NCBI RefSeq assembly: GCF_036659555.1
Contig: NZ_JAVXCI010000002.1
Span: forward strand, 715 to 64,714
DNA length: 64,000 nt
Source of the DNA: Acinetobacter sp.
GTDB taxonomy: Bacteria > Pseudomonadota > Gammaproteobacteria > Pseudomonadales > Moraxellaceae
Direction: 5' to 3'
Below are positions 8,054-17,981 of this stretch, in pieces (position 1 is the first letter of the stretch; every line of letters begins with the position of its first letter). The position numbers and the translations under genes were made by a program. The notes under the pieces are model-generated. The model had not been told where the DNA came from, made no database searches, and saw only the letters and a program-made list of their open reading frames with translations.

Positions 8054-9838
8054 CTATCCGCCATTTCCTTGAAGCTGTTGGGAAATTTTAGCGGATAAGC
8101 CGCTTTTGCGCGCAGTTCTGACCGTCATGGCGGCAGCCAGGGCCGAAGGCGCCGCCAGCAGGCTGACGGCTTTTTTTGCCCGGGTAATGGCGGTATAAAT
8201 CAGCTCTTTGCTCAGCAGCTGCGCGGCATGCGCTTCCAGCACCACGGCCACATGCCGGAACTCTGAGCCTTGCGATTTATGAATGGTCAGGGCATAGGCG
8301 GTTTCAATGCTCTTGGGCAGGCGGGCCGCCGCCACCCACTTCTGCAGGCTGGGAAAATACACCGAAAACTGCATTCTGCCTTCATGCCGGCGCTTGAAGC
8401 AGATGCCAATATCGCCGTTGGACAGGCCCAGCTGATAGTCATTATAGCTCATCATCACCGGCCGGCCGGCATACCATTCGCCCTGCTTGGCCTGCGCGGT
8501 CGCCGCCAGCAGGCGCTGCTCCATCTGCTCATTCAGCGCAGTCAAGCCCAGGCGGCCATGGCGCACCGCGGCCAGAATGCGGTAATCCTCAAATACGCTG
8601 ACCGCCGCAGCCTCATACTGTTCAGCGCATTCAGACGCCAGATAGTCCTGTACCGCCGCGGCATAGCCCTGAAAGCCCAGCATCAGCTGGCCGTAATAGC
8701 CGTTCCAGTCAATCTCCGTATCCTTGGGGCTGTCCGGCAAATACTGCAGCTGAATGCAGTCCGGCATCTCCGGCGTCAGCTCCAGCGCCTGCAGCCGGCC
8801 GGCCGGCGCAATCTCCTGCTCAAAGCGCTGCAGAACATCCTGCTGGCGCTCATTCTGCTGAATAAAGCTGGCCATGCGCCCAATCAGCTTTTCACCGTCA
8901 AAGCGCCTGCTGGTCACAAGATTGACGCGGTTCTGCGCCAGTTCAGGCGCCTGCTGCAGGTCAGCCAGCACCGCACCTGCATCCACAGAAGCCAGCTGAT
9001 TGGCGTCGCCGAGCAGGATTAAACGGCTGCGCGGCGCTGCCGCGGCGAACAGCATCTTGGCCAAATTCAAGTCCAGCATCGACGCCTCATCCACCACAAT
9101 CACATCAAAGGGCAGCCGGCGCCCGGCATGGAAGCGCGGGCGCTGATCTTCGCCCAGGCCCAGCAGGCGGTGGATGGTCACGGGGGTTAGGCGCTGCAGT
9201 TCAGCGCTGACCAAACTGCTCAGCTTGGCGTCGCTGAAGGAGTTCTGCAGCGCTTCCTTCATGCGCTGGGCGGCTTTGCCGGTGGGCGCCGCCATGGCAA
9301 TGCGGATTTCCGGAATGGCCTGATTCAGCACGGCAATAATCCGCGCCAGCGTATAGGTTTTTCCGGTTCCCGGCCCGCCGGTAATAATGCTCAGCGCCTG
9401 CGAAGCCGCCATGCGCAGCGCCTGCTGCTGCTGCGGGTCCGCCAGCAGCGCCTGATGCTGTTGCGTCAGCGCCACCGCTTCAATCGGCTGCTGCTTTAAG
9501 CCGGCCACAGACTGCGCCAGCTGATTTTCCAGCGCCCAGTAGCGGTATAAATACAGCTGCCGGGCGTCCAAGACAAAGGGCGCAATCTGCGGTTCTGCCG
9601 GATGTGCGCCCGGATCGCCGGCATCAGCCAGCAGGCCCTGCAGCGCCTGCGCATCTTCGCGGCTGCAGGCGATGCAGCTGTCGCCCCGTTCCAGCGCCTG
9701 AAACACCTGCCGGATCAAATCCCTGGATTTTTCCTGCGCGTCGGCGGCGATATGCAGCCGGATCAGGCTGTCTGCCCAATTCTGCATATTCAGGCGGTTC
9801 TGTTCATTTTCCACACAGTTATCCTCAAATTTATCCAC
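8054..9838 (-). CDS. recD: Exodeoxyribonuclease V alpha subunit RecD
   Basis: GGPGTGKT Walker A, VVDEASM, GDANQLASV, AYALTIHKSQGSEF and YTAITRAK motifs; follows recB. The start may lie slightly downstream. Confidence 0.96.
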   Translation of the reverse strand: MDKFEDNCVENEQNRLNMQNWADSLIRLHIAADAQEKSRDLIRQVFQALERGDSCIACSREDAQALQGLLADAGDPGAHPAEPQIAPFVLDARQLYLYRYWALENQLAQSVAGLKQQPIEAVALTQQHQALLADPQQQQALRMAASQALSIITGGPGTGKTYTLARIIAVLNQAIPEIRIAMAAPTGKAAQRMKEALQNSFSDAKLSSLVSAELQRLTPVTIHRLLGLGEDQRPRFHAGRRLPFDVIVVDEASMLDLNLAKMLFAAAAPRSRLILLGDANQLASVDAGAVLADLQQAPELAQNRVNLVTSRRFDGEKLIGRMASFIQQNERQQDVLQRFEQEIAPAGRLQALELTPEMPDCIQLQYLPDSPKDTEIDWNGYYGQLMLGFQGYAAAVQDYLASECAEQYEAAAVSVFEDYRILAAVRHGRLGLTALNEQMEQRLLAATAQAKQGEWYAGRPVMMSYNDYQLGLSNGDIGICFKRRHEGRMQFSVYFPSLQKWVAAARLPKSIETAYALTIHKSQGSEFRHVAVVLEAHAAQLLSKELIYTAITRAKKAVSLLAAPSALAAAMTVRTARKSGLSAKISQQLQGNGG

Positions 9839-9839
9839 A
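9807..9839 (+). promoter_or_regulatory. Three tandem DnaA boxes with a 12-bp period
   Basis: TTTTCCACA (9807), TTATCCTCA (9819) and TTATCCACA (9831) against consensus TTWTNCACA. Confidence 0.6.
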
Positions 9840-9875
9840 GGATAATTATTGTTTAAACGCTTTTTTCAGCGCCAT

Positions 9876-12800
9876 TCAGGCGGTTTCGCGCAGTGTTCCG
9901 GCATGCGGGCTGCCCAATATTTCATCCAGCTGCAGAATAAACTGCGCCTCCGGCTGCCAGCAGCAGACGCCGCTGTCCGGCTGCCCGCACATGCCGCGCA
10001 GGTATAGATAGCTGGCGCCGCCCAAGTGCTGATGGATGTCATAGCCCTGCAGATTGACGCTTAAATAGCGGTGCAGCGCAGCCAGATACAGCGCGGCCTG
10101 CAGCCAGTAGCTGGACTGGCTCATGCTGCGCTGCACTTCCGGCAGCGCATAGTGCTGCCCGGCATTGCCCAGAAAATTGCTTTTATAATCGGCAATGTGG
10201 TAGCGCTGGCCATCGTAATACACCAAGTCAACCGCGCCGGTTAAATAGCGCGCCGAATTGGCTTCATTCAGCGCCTCAATCTGCAGGCCATGCTGCTGGA
10301 ACAGGCGCTGCATCTGACGGATCTGCACCGGGCGGTCAGACAGCGCCAGATAGAATGGAAACTCCGGCAAATGGCTGCCTGCAGGCAGCCGGCTCAGGCT
10401 GAATCCAGCCTGCAGCGGGGTATGCACCACCTCATGCATCCACTGCGCCATCAGGGCATACAGCATCTCATTCTGCATGCTTTCCGCCAGCGCGCCGAAG
10501 CCCATATCGACATAGCTATCCAGGCTTTTGACTTCCTTAAGCTGCGCTCCAGCCTTAGCCGCTTTTAAGGCGGCCGCGCCCTGCGCAAAATGCTGCAGCG
10601 CCGGCTGCGCATCGGCCTGCGCAAATTCAGCGGCTAAATCCAGCAGCAGCCCGCGCAGGCGTTCCGGCTGATAGCCCGCTGCGCTTTGGAATACGCTAGG
10701 CCACTGCGCATGGACTGCGTCCCGCTGCAGGATCCGCTGCAGCAGCGCATGGTTGAATTCCATGAACAGCCCGCGCACCAGCTTATGCTGCTCATGGCTT
10801 TTAATCTGCGCGCCAAACTGCTGCCCTGCCGCCTGATGCAGCGGCTGCGCGCCGGCGGCGTAGGCGGACTTCCATGCCTGCGCAAAGGTTTTCCATACGG
10901 CAAAGCTTTCCTGCATTTTCTGGCGCAGTTCAATCAGCAGCTGCGGGCCATCGTTTTTAAAGCGCCGCAGAATTTCAATTTTCCAGCTGCCTGGCGCCTG
11001 AAAATCAATCTGCTCATAAATGCTGTGCAGGAAGGTTCCGGCCACTGTGCCTTTGGGGAAATGCTGCTTAATCCAGGCGATCTCCTGCGCCGGCAGCGGC
11101 GCAGAAGCCTCGCTGTCGGTTTCATCATCGGCGCTGTCTTCCGGCGCGGCGCTCAGCGCCAGCTGATCCTGCGCCTGCCGGCGGTAAGCCAAATGCTGCG
11201 ACAGCCCGGTAAAGCTGGTGTGGGTGCGCGGGTAAAAGCGCGCTGCCGGCAAAGGCAGGGCGCTGAGCGTCAGCGCCTGCTCCTTCGCTTCTAGGCGGAG
11301 GGCGGGCGGGCGCGCCGGAATCAGCGCTTCCGCTGCGCAGTGCGGGTGCTGAAAAGCGCCCTCGCCCTGCCCCATCCAGAACGGCAGGCTGTACTGCGAT
11401 TTATGCTCCTTCGTTCTGAATAGCGCATAAATGCGGTGGCTGGCGCGGGTCAGCGCCACATACCACAGGCGGTGCTGCTCGGCAGCCCGGCGCTCATCAT
11501 GCTGCTGCTTTTTCAGCTCATCGGCTGCCCCGCCGATATCAATGACGCGCTGCTTTTCACTGTGCGCTGCGCCGTCCGGCGCCGCGTCTTCATAGGAAAA
11601 AATCAGGCTGTTGTCGACTTTCGGGCTGCCGTCGGCATTCAGCAAAAAGACGATTTTAAACTCCAGCCCTTTGGACTGGTGAATAGTCATCAGCTTGACG
11701 CCTTCGGCATTGGTCAAGGGCCGCTCCAGCTCCCATTCACGGCTTTTCGGCGCCTGCAGCTGCTTCAGGTACCAGTGGAATAAGTGCTGCGCGCCCTGCA
11801 GCTGTTCGCTTTGCGCGCTCAGAATTTCCGTTAAATGACGCAGGTTGACCACATCACGCTCATTTTCGCGGCTGTGATGCGCCACAATGCGCTCCCAGAT
11901 TTTGAAATAATTCAGGCAGTAATGCCAAGCCGGCAGGAAGCCCTGACTCAGCCACAGCGCGCGGATATGCTCCAGCTGCCCGATATAATGGCTGAGATCC
12001 AGCGCCTGCAGGTCTGCGCTCCACAGCTGGTTCAGCCTCATGCCGAGCAGGCGCCCCAGCAGCGCGCGCTTGACTTTGGCTTCCTGATACGGCGCCAGCA
12101 CTGCGGCCAGCACCGCGCCGACGTCCTGCGCAACCGAACTGCTGAACACGCTGCGCTTGGCGGCCCGGTTGACCCGGATGCCCAAAGCCAGCAGCACCTG
12201 CTGCACCGCATTCAGCGAACTGTGGCTGGTGGCCAGCACTGCAATGTCATTGTCTGTTAAAGGTATTTTTGCGGCGCAGTCCTGCACGGATCCGCCCGGC
12301 GCCTCCGTAAAATACAGCTGCTGCGCCGCCGACTGCTGCAGCAGGCGCTGAATCTGCCAGGCCGCCTGCTCGGCTTCCTGATCCCTGCTGTCCAGCTGCA
12401 GCCAGCGCAGCGGCGCCGGATTGACTGCGCCCTGATCATGCAGGTCGGCATGCTGGGCGCCGGCTGTAATCGGCACATAATGCACATCTTCGCCAAAATC
12501 CATCTGGCGCTGGAACAGCGCATCCACCGCTTCCACCAGTGGCGCAATTGAGCGGAAGTTTTTCTTCAGCTGGTAAAAGCTGCCCTGCTTGCGCCGGACA
12601 TCATCGCGCGCCTTTAAAAAGGTCAGCATGTCGCCGCCGCGGAAGCCGTAAATCGCCTGCTTGCGGTCGCCGACCATAATCATGCAGCCCTGCTTCAGGC
12701 GGGCCGGATGGCGCCAAATCTGCGCCAGCATGCTGTCCTGATCCGAGTTAGTGTCCTGAAATTCATCCACTAGAATCAGCGGGTAGCGCGCATGCACAAA

Positions 12801-14009
12801 GGCCGCGAAAGCATTGCCCTGCGCGCCCTGCAGCGCTTCCGACAGGGTGCGGATCTGCTGCGAAAATGTGGTTTCACCTTTGCTCTGCAGCACCTGCGGC
12901 AGGCGGTTTTTGACTTCCGCGGCGATATGGAATTTCAAATAGGCATCCAGTCCGTCCAGATCCGACGCAGCCTGCTGCGCGGCGTCCAGCAGCGCCTTTA
13001 CGGCAGCCAGTACCGGATGCGCATACAGCGCAGCCACTTCGGCATCGGGAATTTTCTTTTTGCCGCTGGCGCTGCGCGGCTCATCTTTTTTAAAGAAGGC
13101 CTGCAGCTGCGCAAAGCTTTCCGGCGGCTGGCCATGCAGCAGAATTTGCGGGCCATGCTGCTGCATGCGCTGCAGCAGCGCCGGCAGCTGGCGCAGGGCG
13201 TCAATAATGGAATGGCGCGACCACGGCAGCAGCAGCAGTTTGGCATAGCCGCCGTCCGGGGTGAAATCCTGCAGCTGCGCGGCACTGTCTAAATTCAGCT
13301 GCCCCAGCGCATCCGCCGCGCGCTGCAGGCCAGCCAGGGAGAATTCCGGCTGCGCCACCGGATTGAGCTTGGCCGAGCTGAAATTCAGGCTTTTTTCCAT
13401 CAGTTCCGCATAATGGCTGACCGACTTGATCTGCCGGCGCTGCAGCAGGCAGGTCACTGCATCCTGCGGCTGCGCCTGCGCCCATTCGCGCAGAATGTCA
13501 TGCACCAGCTGCTGCACATAAATTTTGTCGTCGCTGGTGATTTCCGCGCGTTCAATCTTGCCGCTTTCAAAAGCGAACTCGCGCAGCAGGGTTTGGCTGA
13601 AGCTGTCCAAAGTGCCGACAAACAGCTCATCCAGCTGATCCAGCACCAGCTGCAGGCGCTCGCAGGCATAGCCGATCTGATGCGCATTGCGCTGCAGCAC
13701 CCCCTGCGCCAGCTCGTCTTTTTCCTGCCGGGCGCGGGCCTCAATATTGGCCGGAAGCTCAGCGCGCAGGCTTTCCAGCAGGGTCAGAATGCCGTACAGG
13801 CGCTGCCGGATGCGGCTTTTCAGTTCGGCTGCCGCCTTGCGGGTAAAGGTGGTGGCAATGACCTGGCGAGGCAGGTATTTTTCCAGCAGAATCCGCACCA
13901 TCAGGCTGGACAGGGTAAAAGTCTTGCCGGTGCCTGCCGAGGCTTCAATCCAGTGCAGGCCCTGAAACTGCATGCTGCTGATCGGGTTTTCAATTTCCTT
14001 AGGCTGCAT
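9876..14009 (-). CDS. recB: Exodeoxyribonuclease V beta subunit RecB (unusually long)
   Basis: EASAGTGKT, LVDEFQDT, GDRKQAIYGFRGGD, TIHQSKGLEF and YVALTRA motifs; nuclease motif GAVDLV...ADYKSN. Confidence 0.97.
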   Translation of the reverse strand: MQPKEIENPISSMQFQGLHWIEASAGTGKTFTLSSLMVRILLEKYLPRQVIATTFTRKAAAELKSRIRQRLYGILTLLESLRAELPANIEARARQEKDELAQGVLQRNAHQIGYACERLQLVLDQLDELFVGTLDSFSQTLLREFAFESGKIERAEITSDDKIYVQQLVHDILREWAQAQPQDAVTCLLQRRQIKSVSHYAELMEKSLNFSSAKLNPVAQPEFSLAGLQRAADALGQLNLDSAAQLQDFTPDGGYAKLLLLPWSRHSIIDALRQLPALLQRMQQHGPQILLHGQPPESFAQLQAFFKKDEPRSASGKKKIPDAEVAALYAHPVLAAVKALLDAAQQAASDLDGLDAYLKFHIAAEVKNRLPQVLQSKGETTFSQQIRTLSEALQGAQGNAFAAFVHARYPLILVDEFQDTNSDQDSMLAQIWRHPARLKQGCMIMVGDRKQAIYGFRGGDMLTFLKARDDVRRKQGSFYQLKKNFRSIAPLVEAVDALFQRQMDFGEDVHYVPITAGAQHADLHDQGAVNPAPLRWLQLDSRDQEAEQAAWQIQRLLQQSAAQQLYFTEAPGGSVQDCAAKIPLTDNDIAVLATSHSSLNAVQQVLLALGIRVNRAAKRSVFSSSVAQDVGAVLAAVLAPYQEAKVKRALLGRLLGMRLNQLWSADLQALDLSHYIGQLEHIRALWLSQGFLPAWHYCLNYFKIWERIVAHHSRENERDVVNLRHLTEILSAQSEQLQGAQHLFHWYLKQLQAPKSREWELERPLTNAEGVKLMTIHQSKGLEFKIVFLLNADGSPKVDNSLIFSYEDAAPDGAAHSEKQRVIDIGGAADELKKQQHDERRAAEQHRLWYVALTRASHRIYALFRTKEHKSQYSLPFWMGQGEGAFQHPHCAAEALIPARPPALRLEAKEQALTLSALPLPAARFYPRTHTSFTGLSQHLAYRRQAQDQLALSAAPEDSADDETDSEASAPLPAQEIAWIKQHFPKGTVAGTFLHSIYEQIDFQAPGSWKIEILRRFKNDGPQLLIELRQKMQESFAVWKTFAQAWKSAYAAGAQPLHQAAGQQFGAQIKSHEQHKLVRGLFMEFNHALLQRILQRDAVHAQWPSVFQSAAGYQPERLRGLLLDLAAEFAQADAQPALQHFAQGAAALKAAKAGAQLKEVKSLDSYVDMGFGALAESMQNEMLYALMAQWMHEVVHTPLQAGFSLSRLPAGSHLPEFPFYLALSDRPVQIRQMQRLFQQHGLQIEALNEANSARYLTGAVDLVYYDGQRYHIADYKSNFLGNAGQHYALPEVQRSMSQSSYWLQAALYLAALHRYLSVNLQGYDIHQHLGGASYLYLRGMCGQPDSGVCCWQPEAQFILQLDEILGSPHAGTLRETA

Positions 14010-17000
14010 GCGCTTTCTCCGCAGTTTGATGGCAGTAAATCGGCTGATACAGCGCGTAGGCGAACTGCGCGCAGCTTTGCGCCAGCAGCTTCAGGCTGTC
14101 CTGATCGCGCAGGATAAACGCCCAGTCGGCATGCGCCTGATTGGCTTCGTCCTGCCGGATGTCAAAGGCGGAAAACTCGCCCGGATCGCTCCATTTGACC
14201 GCCAGCTTATCAAACTGCTGCAGCACCTGAACGCCCTGTTCATTTTCGGCCCATTTGACCTCCATTGCTTCGCCTTTTTTGCCTTCCAGCACAATCAAGG
14301 CGCCGTCTTTGGAAGCCAGCATTAAAGCGGCCGGCAGCACCAGCGGGCGCTGCTGGCCATAGCGCCAGGCCTGCATCCAGCGCGCCAAATGCATGCGCGC
14401 ATCCTGCGGCGCAATGCCCGCGCAGTGAATGGTGACATCGCTGCAGACTTCAATGCGCTCATAAGCCTGATGCGGCGCATCGGCCGGCAAAGACGCCAGC
14501 CACAGCAGGTATTCCAGCCAAATCTGCGCGCGGCGCCGGCCCCGGGCGCTGGATGCAGTCATGCTGATCCACTGGCGCACCGGCGCTTCCGGCACGGTAA
14601 TCTGCATTAAGACCTGCTGATCGATTTTCAGCTGGCGCTGCGTAACCGGCGTCAGCTCAGGCTGTTCGGACTGCGTGAGCTGCTTGACCCGCTCCAGCAG
14701 CTCCTCATGCTGCTGCCGGCTGACCGACCAGGCGGCCTCTTTAAACTTGCCCACCGGCAATTGATCCAGCAGCAGCGCAGGCTGCGCCTGCACAGGCTGA
14801 TCCAGCAGGAAATCCCGCACCGCATACTGCTCCAGGCCGTCCAGCAGCAGCGGTTCATCTGTCGCTAAGCCGTCTTGCGCGGTTAAATTGCTGATGCCCA
14901 AGGTTTTCAAATACAGCTCGGCTGGAAAGGCCACCTGCCTGATCCACTGCGCGCTGTCCAGCAGGATTTCCGCAGGCGCAGGCAAGGCCGCCGCCTGAGC
15001 GGCCCACGGCTGGCGCGCGCCCTTGGCCTGCTGCAGCTGCCGCGCCACATGGAACCAGTGGTCCTGATAGCGGATTTTATGCGCCGGCCGGGCGGCGTCA
15101 AAGCCCTGCAGCTCAAAGGGCTGCAGCTCATGCACGCTGTACAGGCCCTGCAGGTTTTCCGGCACTTCAACCCCGCCGTCAATTTCCGCCAGCGCCGGCA
15201 AATTCGGATTGGCGCCGCTGCCCTGCGCAATCAGCGCCAAATGCCGGATCAGCTCCTGCACCACGCTGGACGGTTCGCGGATTTCGCCGTCGTTGATGTC
15301 AAAGCCGTTATAGAACAGCCAAAGGCTGTCTTTGGCCAGCAGCAGGGCATCCAGAAATGCGCCCTGATCATCTTCCAGGCGCGAACGGTCGCCCAAATGC
15401 GGCTTCAGCACATCCATCAGGTCAAAAGGCAAATGCGCCTTGCGGCTCGGGAACTGCCCGCTGTCCAGATTCAGCATCACCATCAGCTTATACGGCAGCG
15501 GGCGGATTTGCCCAATCTGGCTGAAGGTGATCTGCCCTGCCGGCACGGCCTGATCCATCTGGCTGTCCAGGCTGTTTTGAATTTCCTGCAGCACATAGGG
15601 CAAAGGCAGCTGCATGTCTTTCAGCAGATGCGCCTGCGCTGCGCCTGCGCCGTCTTCATCGTTATAATAAGACAGCGTCAGCATGGTGATCTGCTTGCGG
15701 ATCACATCGCGGATGGATTTCAGCGCGGTTACGCCCTGCTTTTGATAGCGCTCCAGATCGCGCAGCAGCAGATGCAGCCATTCCTCCACATTGCGCTGCT
15801 GCCCCATTTCATGCTCGACAATCCAATGGCGGCGCTCGGCAAAGTCCTGATAAATGCCGATCAGGATATTGATCAGCTCGAAATCATCGCGGCGCACAAA
15901 AGCATAGCTTAGGGTGTCCTGCCACAGCGCATGCTCCGGCACAGCCACGCCCAGCACCAGCCGGTCTAAGGCGAATTTAAAGCTGTAGCGGTAATCGGCG
16001 TCATCCGGCGCCAGCGTGCGGCGCAGATGCTCCTCATCCAGCCCGCGCTTGAACTTGGCTTCGCTCAGCAGCTCAATGATGCGCGCGGTCTGCTCGGCAT
16101 TCAGGCCGTAGCGGGTCTGGGCGGCGCTTAAATTCAGCCAGTCGGCAAAATCTTCCAGCGTAAAGCGCCCCTGCGGCAACTGAACCGGCCCCAGCACCGC
16201 CTGCCAGGCATTCTGCGCATCCAGCGGGGCGACACCGGCAATTTTCACCGGCAAATATACGCTGTCCCGGCGCGGCGCGCCGGCGGGCTGATCCTGCAAA
16301 GCCTGCTCGCGCGGCGGCGGGGCGAATACGCTGCGGATCAGCGGCTCCAAATCCTTGAGATTCGGGCTCAGCACCAGAATATCGCTTGGCGAACGGGGCT
16401 GATCCGCCGGGCCTTGCGACAGCCAGAAGGTCAGCTGGTCTTTCAGCACCTCCAGCTGGCGCAGCGCGGAATGGCAGACATGCAGGCGGATCGAGTCATC
16501 TTCAGGGCACAGCGCAAAACTGCCGGATTCAGGCTCGGCCAGATTCAGAATGTCGTACTGCACCTTGCCCAGCAGATGATTGCGGTAATCCAGCGGAAAC
16601 TGATCGTCCCATTCTTCGCCATTTTCGCCGGCGGCCAGATTCACCAGCAGGGAAAAATGGTCGCGCGCCTGCTTGCCGAAGCGGGTCAGCAAAGGATGGC
16701 GCGATTCCTTCAGCTGGCCGTATTCCAGCGTGTATTTTTCAAAGAATGCCTCAATTTCCCGGTCAGACGCCTGCGGATGCCGGTCCTTGAAGCGCTGCTT
16801 CAGCTTGACGTCATACTGCTTTTTCCAGTTGGCGTCGACCGTGTCGGCCCAGTATTCCTGCGAGGGGTTGAAATGCAGAATCAGAATATTGATGTACTGG
16901 CCCAAGCGGCGCAAAAACGCCAGCTGGCTCGGCGGCAGGTCCAGCACGGTGAACAGCGCCACCTGTTTCGGCAGCCGGGCTAAGGCTGCCGGGCGCAGGG

Positions 17001-17808
17001 CGGGATTGTCCAGGATGGCCCAAAAATCCTCATCAATGCCCTGCATCAATTCAAAGTCGGCATGAAACTCGCTGTGCCACAGCCAGCGCTGCCACTGCTC
17101 CAGCTGCTGCGCCTGCGCTTTGGCGAAGCCGGAGGCCTGCTTCCGCTGCTGCAGCTCTTCCCTGGAATCCAGCCCGGGAAAAGCCTCCTGCGCCTGAAAA
17201 AACTGGCGCTCCAAATCCAGCGGCTGATTTCTGCCCCAGTCTTTCAGCCAGTTGCCGCTGCAGTCGCAGGCCTGCCCCGCGCCATGCTGCTTGAAGCAGT
17301 GGCCGCGGTATTCCATATAATTGCTGAACAGGCGCGACACCTGTTCCGACACCCAGTACAGCATGCCCTGTTTTTTCAGCTGCTGCTCGGCAGCGCTGCT
17401 TAAGCGGGCCGCGCTGTCATAAATGCGCTGGATAATGCTGTGCAGCGGATGCTCCGGCGCCAGCGGATTTTCGGCAGCCTGAATATAGGGCTTTAAAGTC
17501 TGATAGCAGCGCCATTTTAAAATCATGCGCGGAATATTGGCCTTGCGGACTTTTTCCTTATCGTCCAGCACCGCCTGATAGGCAAACCACTGAAAGGCGC
17601 GGATGCGCTGATGGAACAGGCGGTTGGCGCTGATGCCCTGATGCTCGGACAGCTTGACCGTCAGCCAGGCCTGCACCGCAGGCGACGGCACAATAAAATG
17701 CTGGGGTTTCAGGGCCTCCAGAGGATTGGCAGATGGCTGATGGCCCGCCCGCAGCATTTCTTCCAGCAAAACCTCAATGCGCTGACTCTGAATCACATGA
17801 ATGGCCAT
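13999..17808 (-). CDS. recC: Exodeoxyribonuclease V gamma subunit RecC
   Basis: QSQRIEVL start, FNPSQEYWAD, HPLLTRFGKQARD, CHSALRQLEVL and DRSRLEDD..FLDALL motifs; overlaps recB. Confidence 0.95.
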   Translation of the reverse strand: MAIHVIQSQRIEVLLEEMLRAGHQPSANPLEALKPQHFIVPSPAVQAWLTVKLSEHQGISANRLFHQRIRAFQWFAYQAVLDDKEKVRKANIPRMILKWRCYQTLKPYIQAAENPLAPEHPLHSIIQRIYDSAARLSSAAEQQLKKQGMLYWVSEQVSRLFSNYMEYRGHCFKQHGAGQACDCSGNWLKDWGRNQPLDLERQFFQAQEAFPGLDSREELQQRKQASGFAKAQAQQLEQWQRWLWHSEFHADFELMQGIDEDFWAILDNPALRPAALARLPKQVALFTVLDLPPSQLAFLRRLGQYINILILHFNPSQEYWADTVDANWKKQYDVKLKQRFKDRHPQASDREIEAFFEKYTLEYGQLKESRHPLLTRFGKQARDHFSLLVNLAAGENGEEWDDQFPLDYRNHLLGKVQYDILNLAEPESGSFALCPEDDSIRLHVCHSALRQLEVLKDQLTFWLSQGPADQPRSPSDILVLSPNLKDLEPLIRSVFAPPPREQALQDQPAGAPRRDSVYLPVKIAGVAPLDAQNAWQAVLGPVQLPQGRFTLEDFADWLNLSAAQTRYGLNAEQTARIIELLSEAKFKRGLDEEHLRRTLAPDDADYRYSFKFALDRLVLGVAVPEHALWQDTLSYAFVRRDDFELINILIGIYQDFAERRHWIVEHEMGQQRNVEEWLHLLLRDLERYQKQGVTALKSIRDVIRKQITMLTLSYYNDEDGAGAAQAHLLKDMQLPLPYVLQEIQNSLDSQMDQAVPAGQITFSQIGQIRPLPYKLMVMLNLDSGQFPSRKAHLPFDLMDVLKPHLGDRSRLEDDQGAFLDALLLAKDSLWLFYNGFDINDGEIREPSSVVQELIRHLALIAQGSGANPNLPALAEIDGGVEVPENLQGLYSVHELQPFELQGFDAARPAHKIRYQDHWFHVARQLQQAKGARQPWAAQAAALPAPAEILLDSAQWIRQVAFPAELYLKTLGISNLTAQDGLATDEPLLLDGLEQYAVRDFLLDQPVQAQPALLLDQLPVGKFKEAAWSVSRQQHEELLERVKQLTQSEQPELTPVTQRQLKIDQQVLMQITVPEAPVRQWISMTASSARGRRRAQIWLEYLLWLASLPADAPHQAYERIEVCSDVTIHCAGIAPQDARMHLARWMQAWRYGQQRPLVLPAALMLASKDGALIVLEGKKGEAMEVKWAENEQGVQVLQQFDKLAVKWSDPGEFSAFDIRQDEANQAHADWAFILRDQDSLKLLAQSCAQFAYALYQPIYCHQTAEKAHAA

Positions 17809-17981
17809 CTTTACTCTATCTCCCGCGCTGAAACGACAAAACCCTCAAGATTATTGACTATACTTACTGCCCTGTCTATGCCGCTTTGACCGCAAAATTC
17901 AGTTCAAAAAATATTTTAAAACAAGTATCTTGATAGGGTCTGCTGAGACTTTATTAGAACAGCCCGCATAAAACCGAAGGT

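Noticed and set aside
9807-9860. oriC at the DnaA-box cluster
   Set aside because: Only three boxes inside an operon, no extended unwinding element, and no dnaA/gidA/rpmH context; kept only as a non-origin DnaA site.
10440-10930. Intein in RecB
   Set aside because: No N-terminal Cys/Ser block, no His-Asn followed by Cys/Ser/Thr, and no LAGLIDADG motifs.
8270-17889. Numerous long antisense and alternative-frame ORFs over recBCD (and over pnp, the mms operon, htpG and rpoC)
   Set aside because: Shadow ORFs expected from GC-rich codon bias; they fully overlap well-supported genes.
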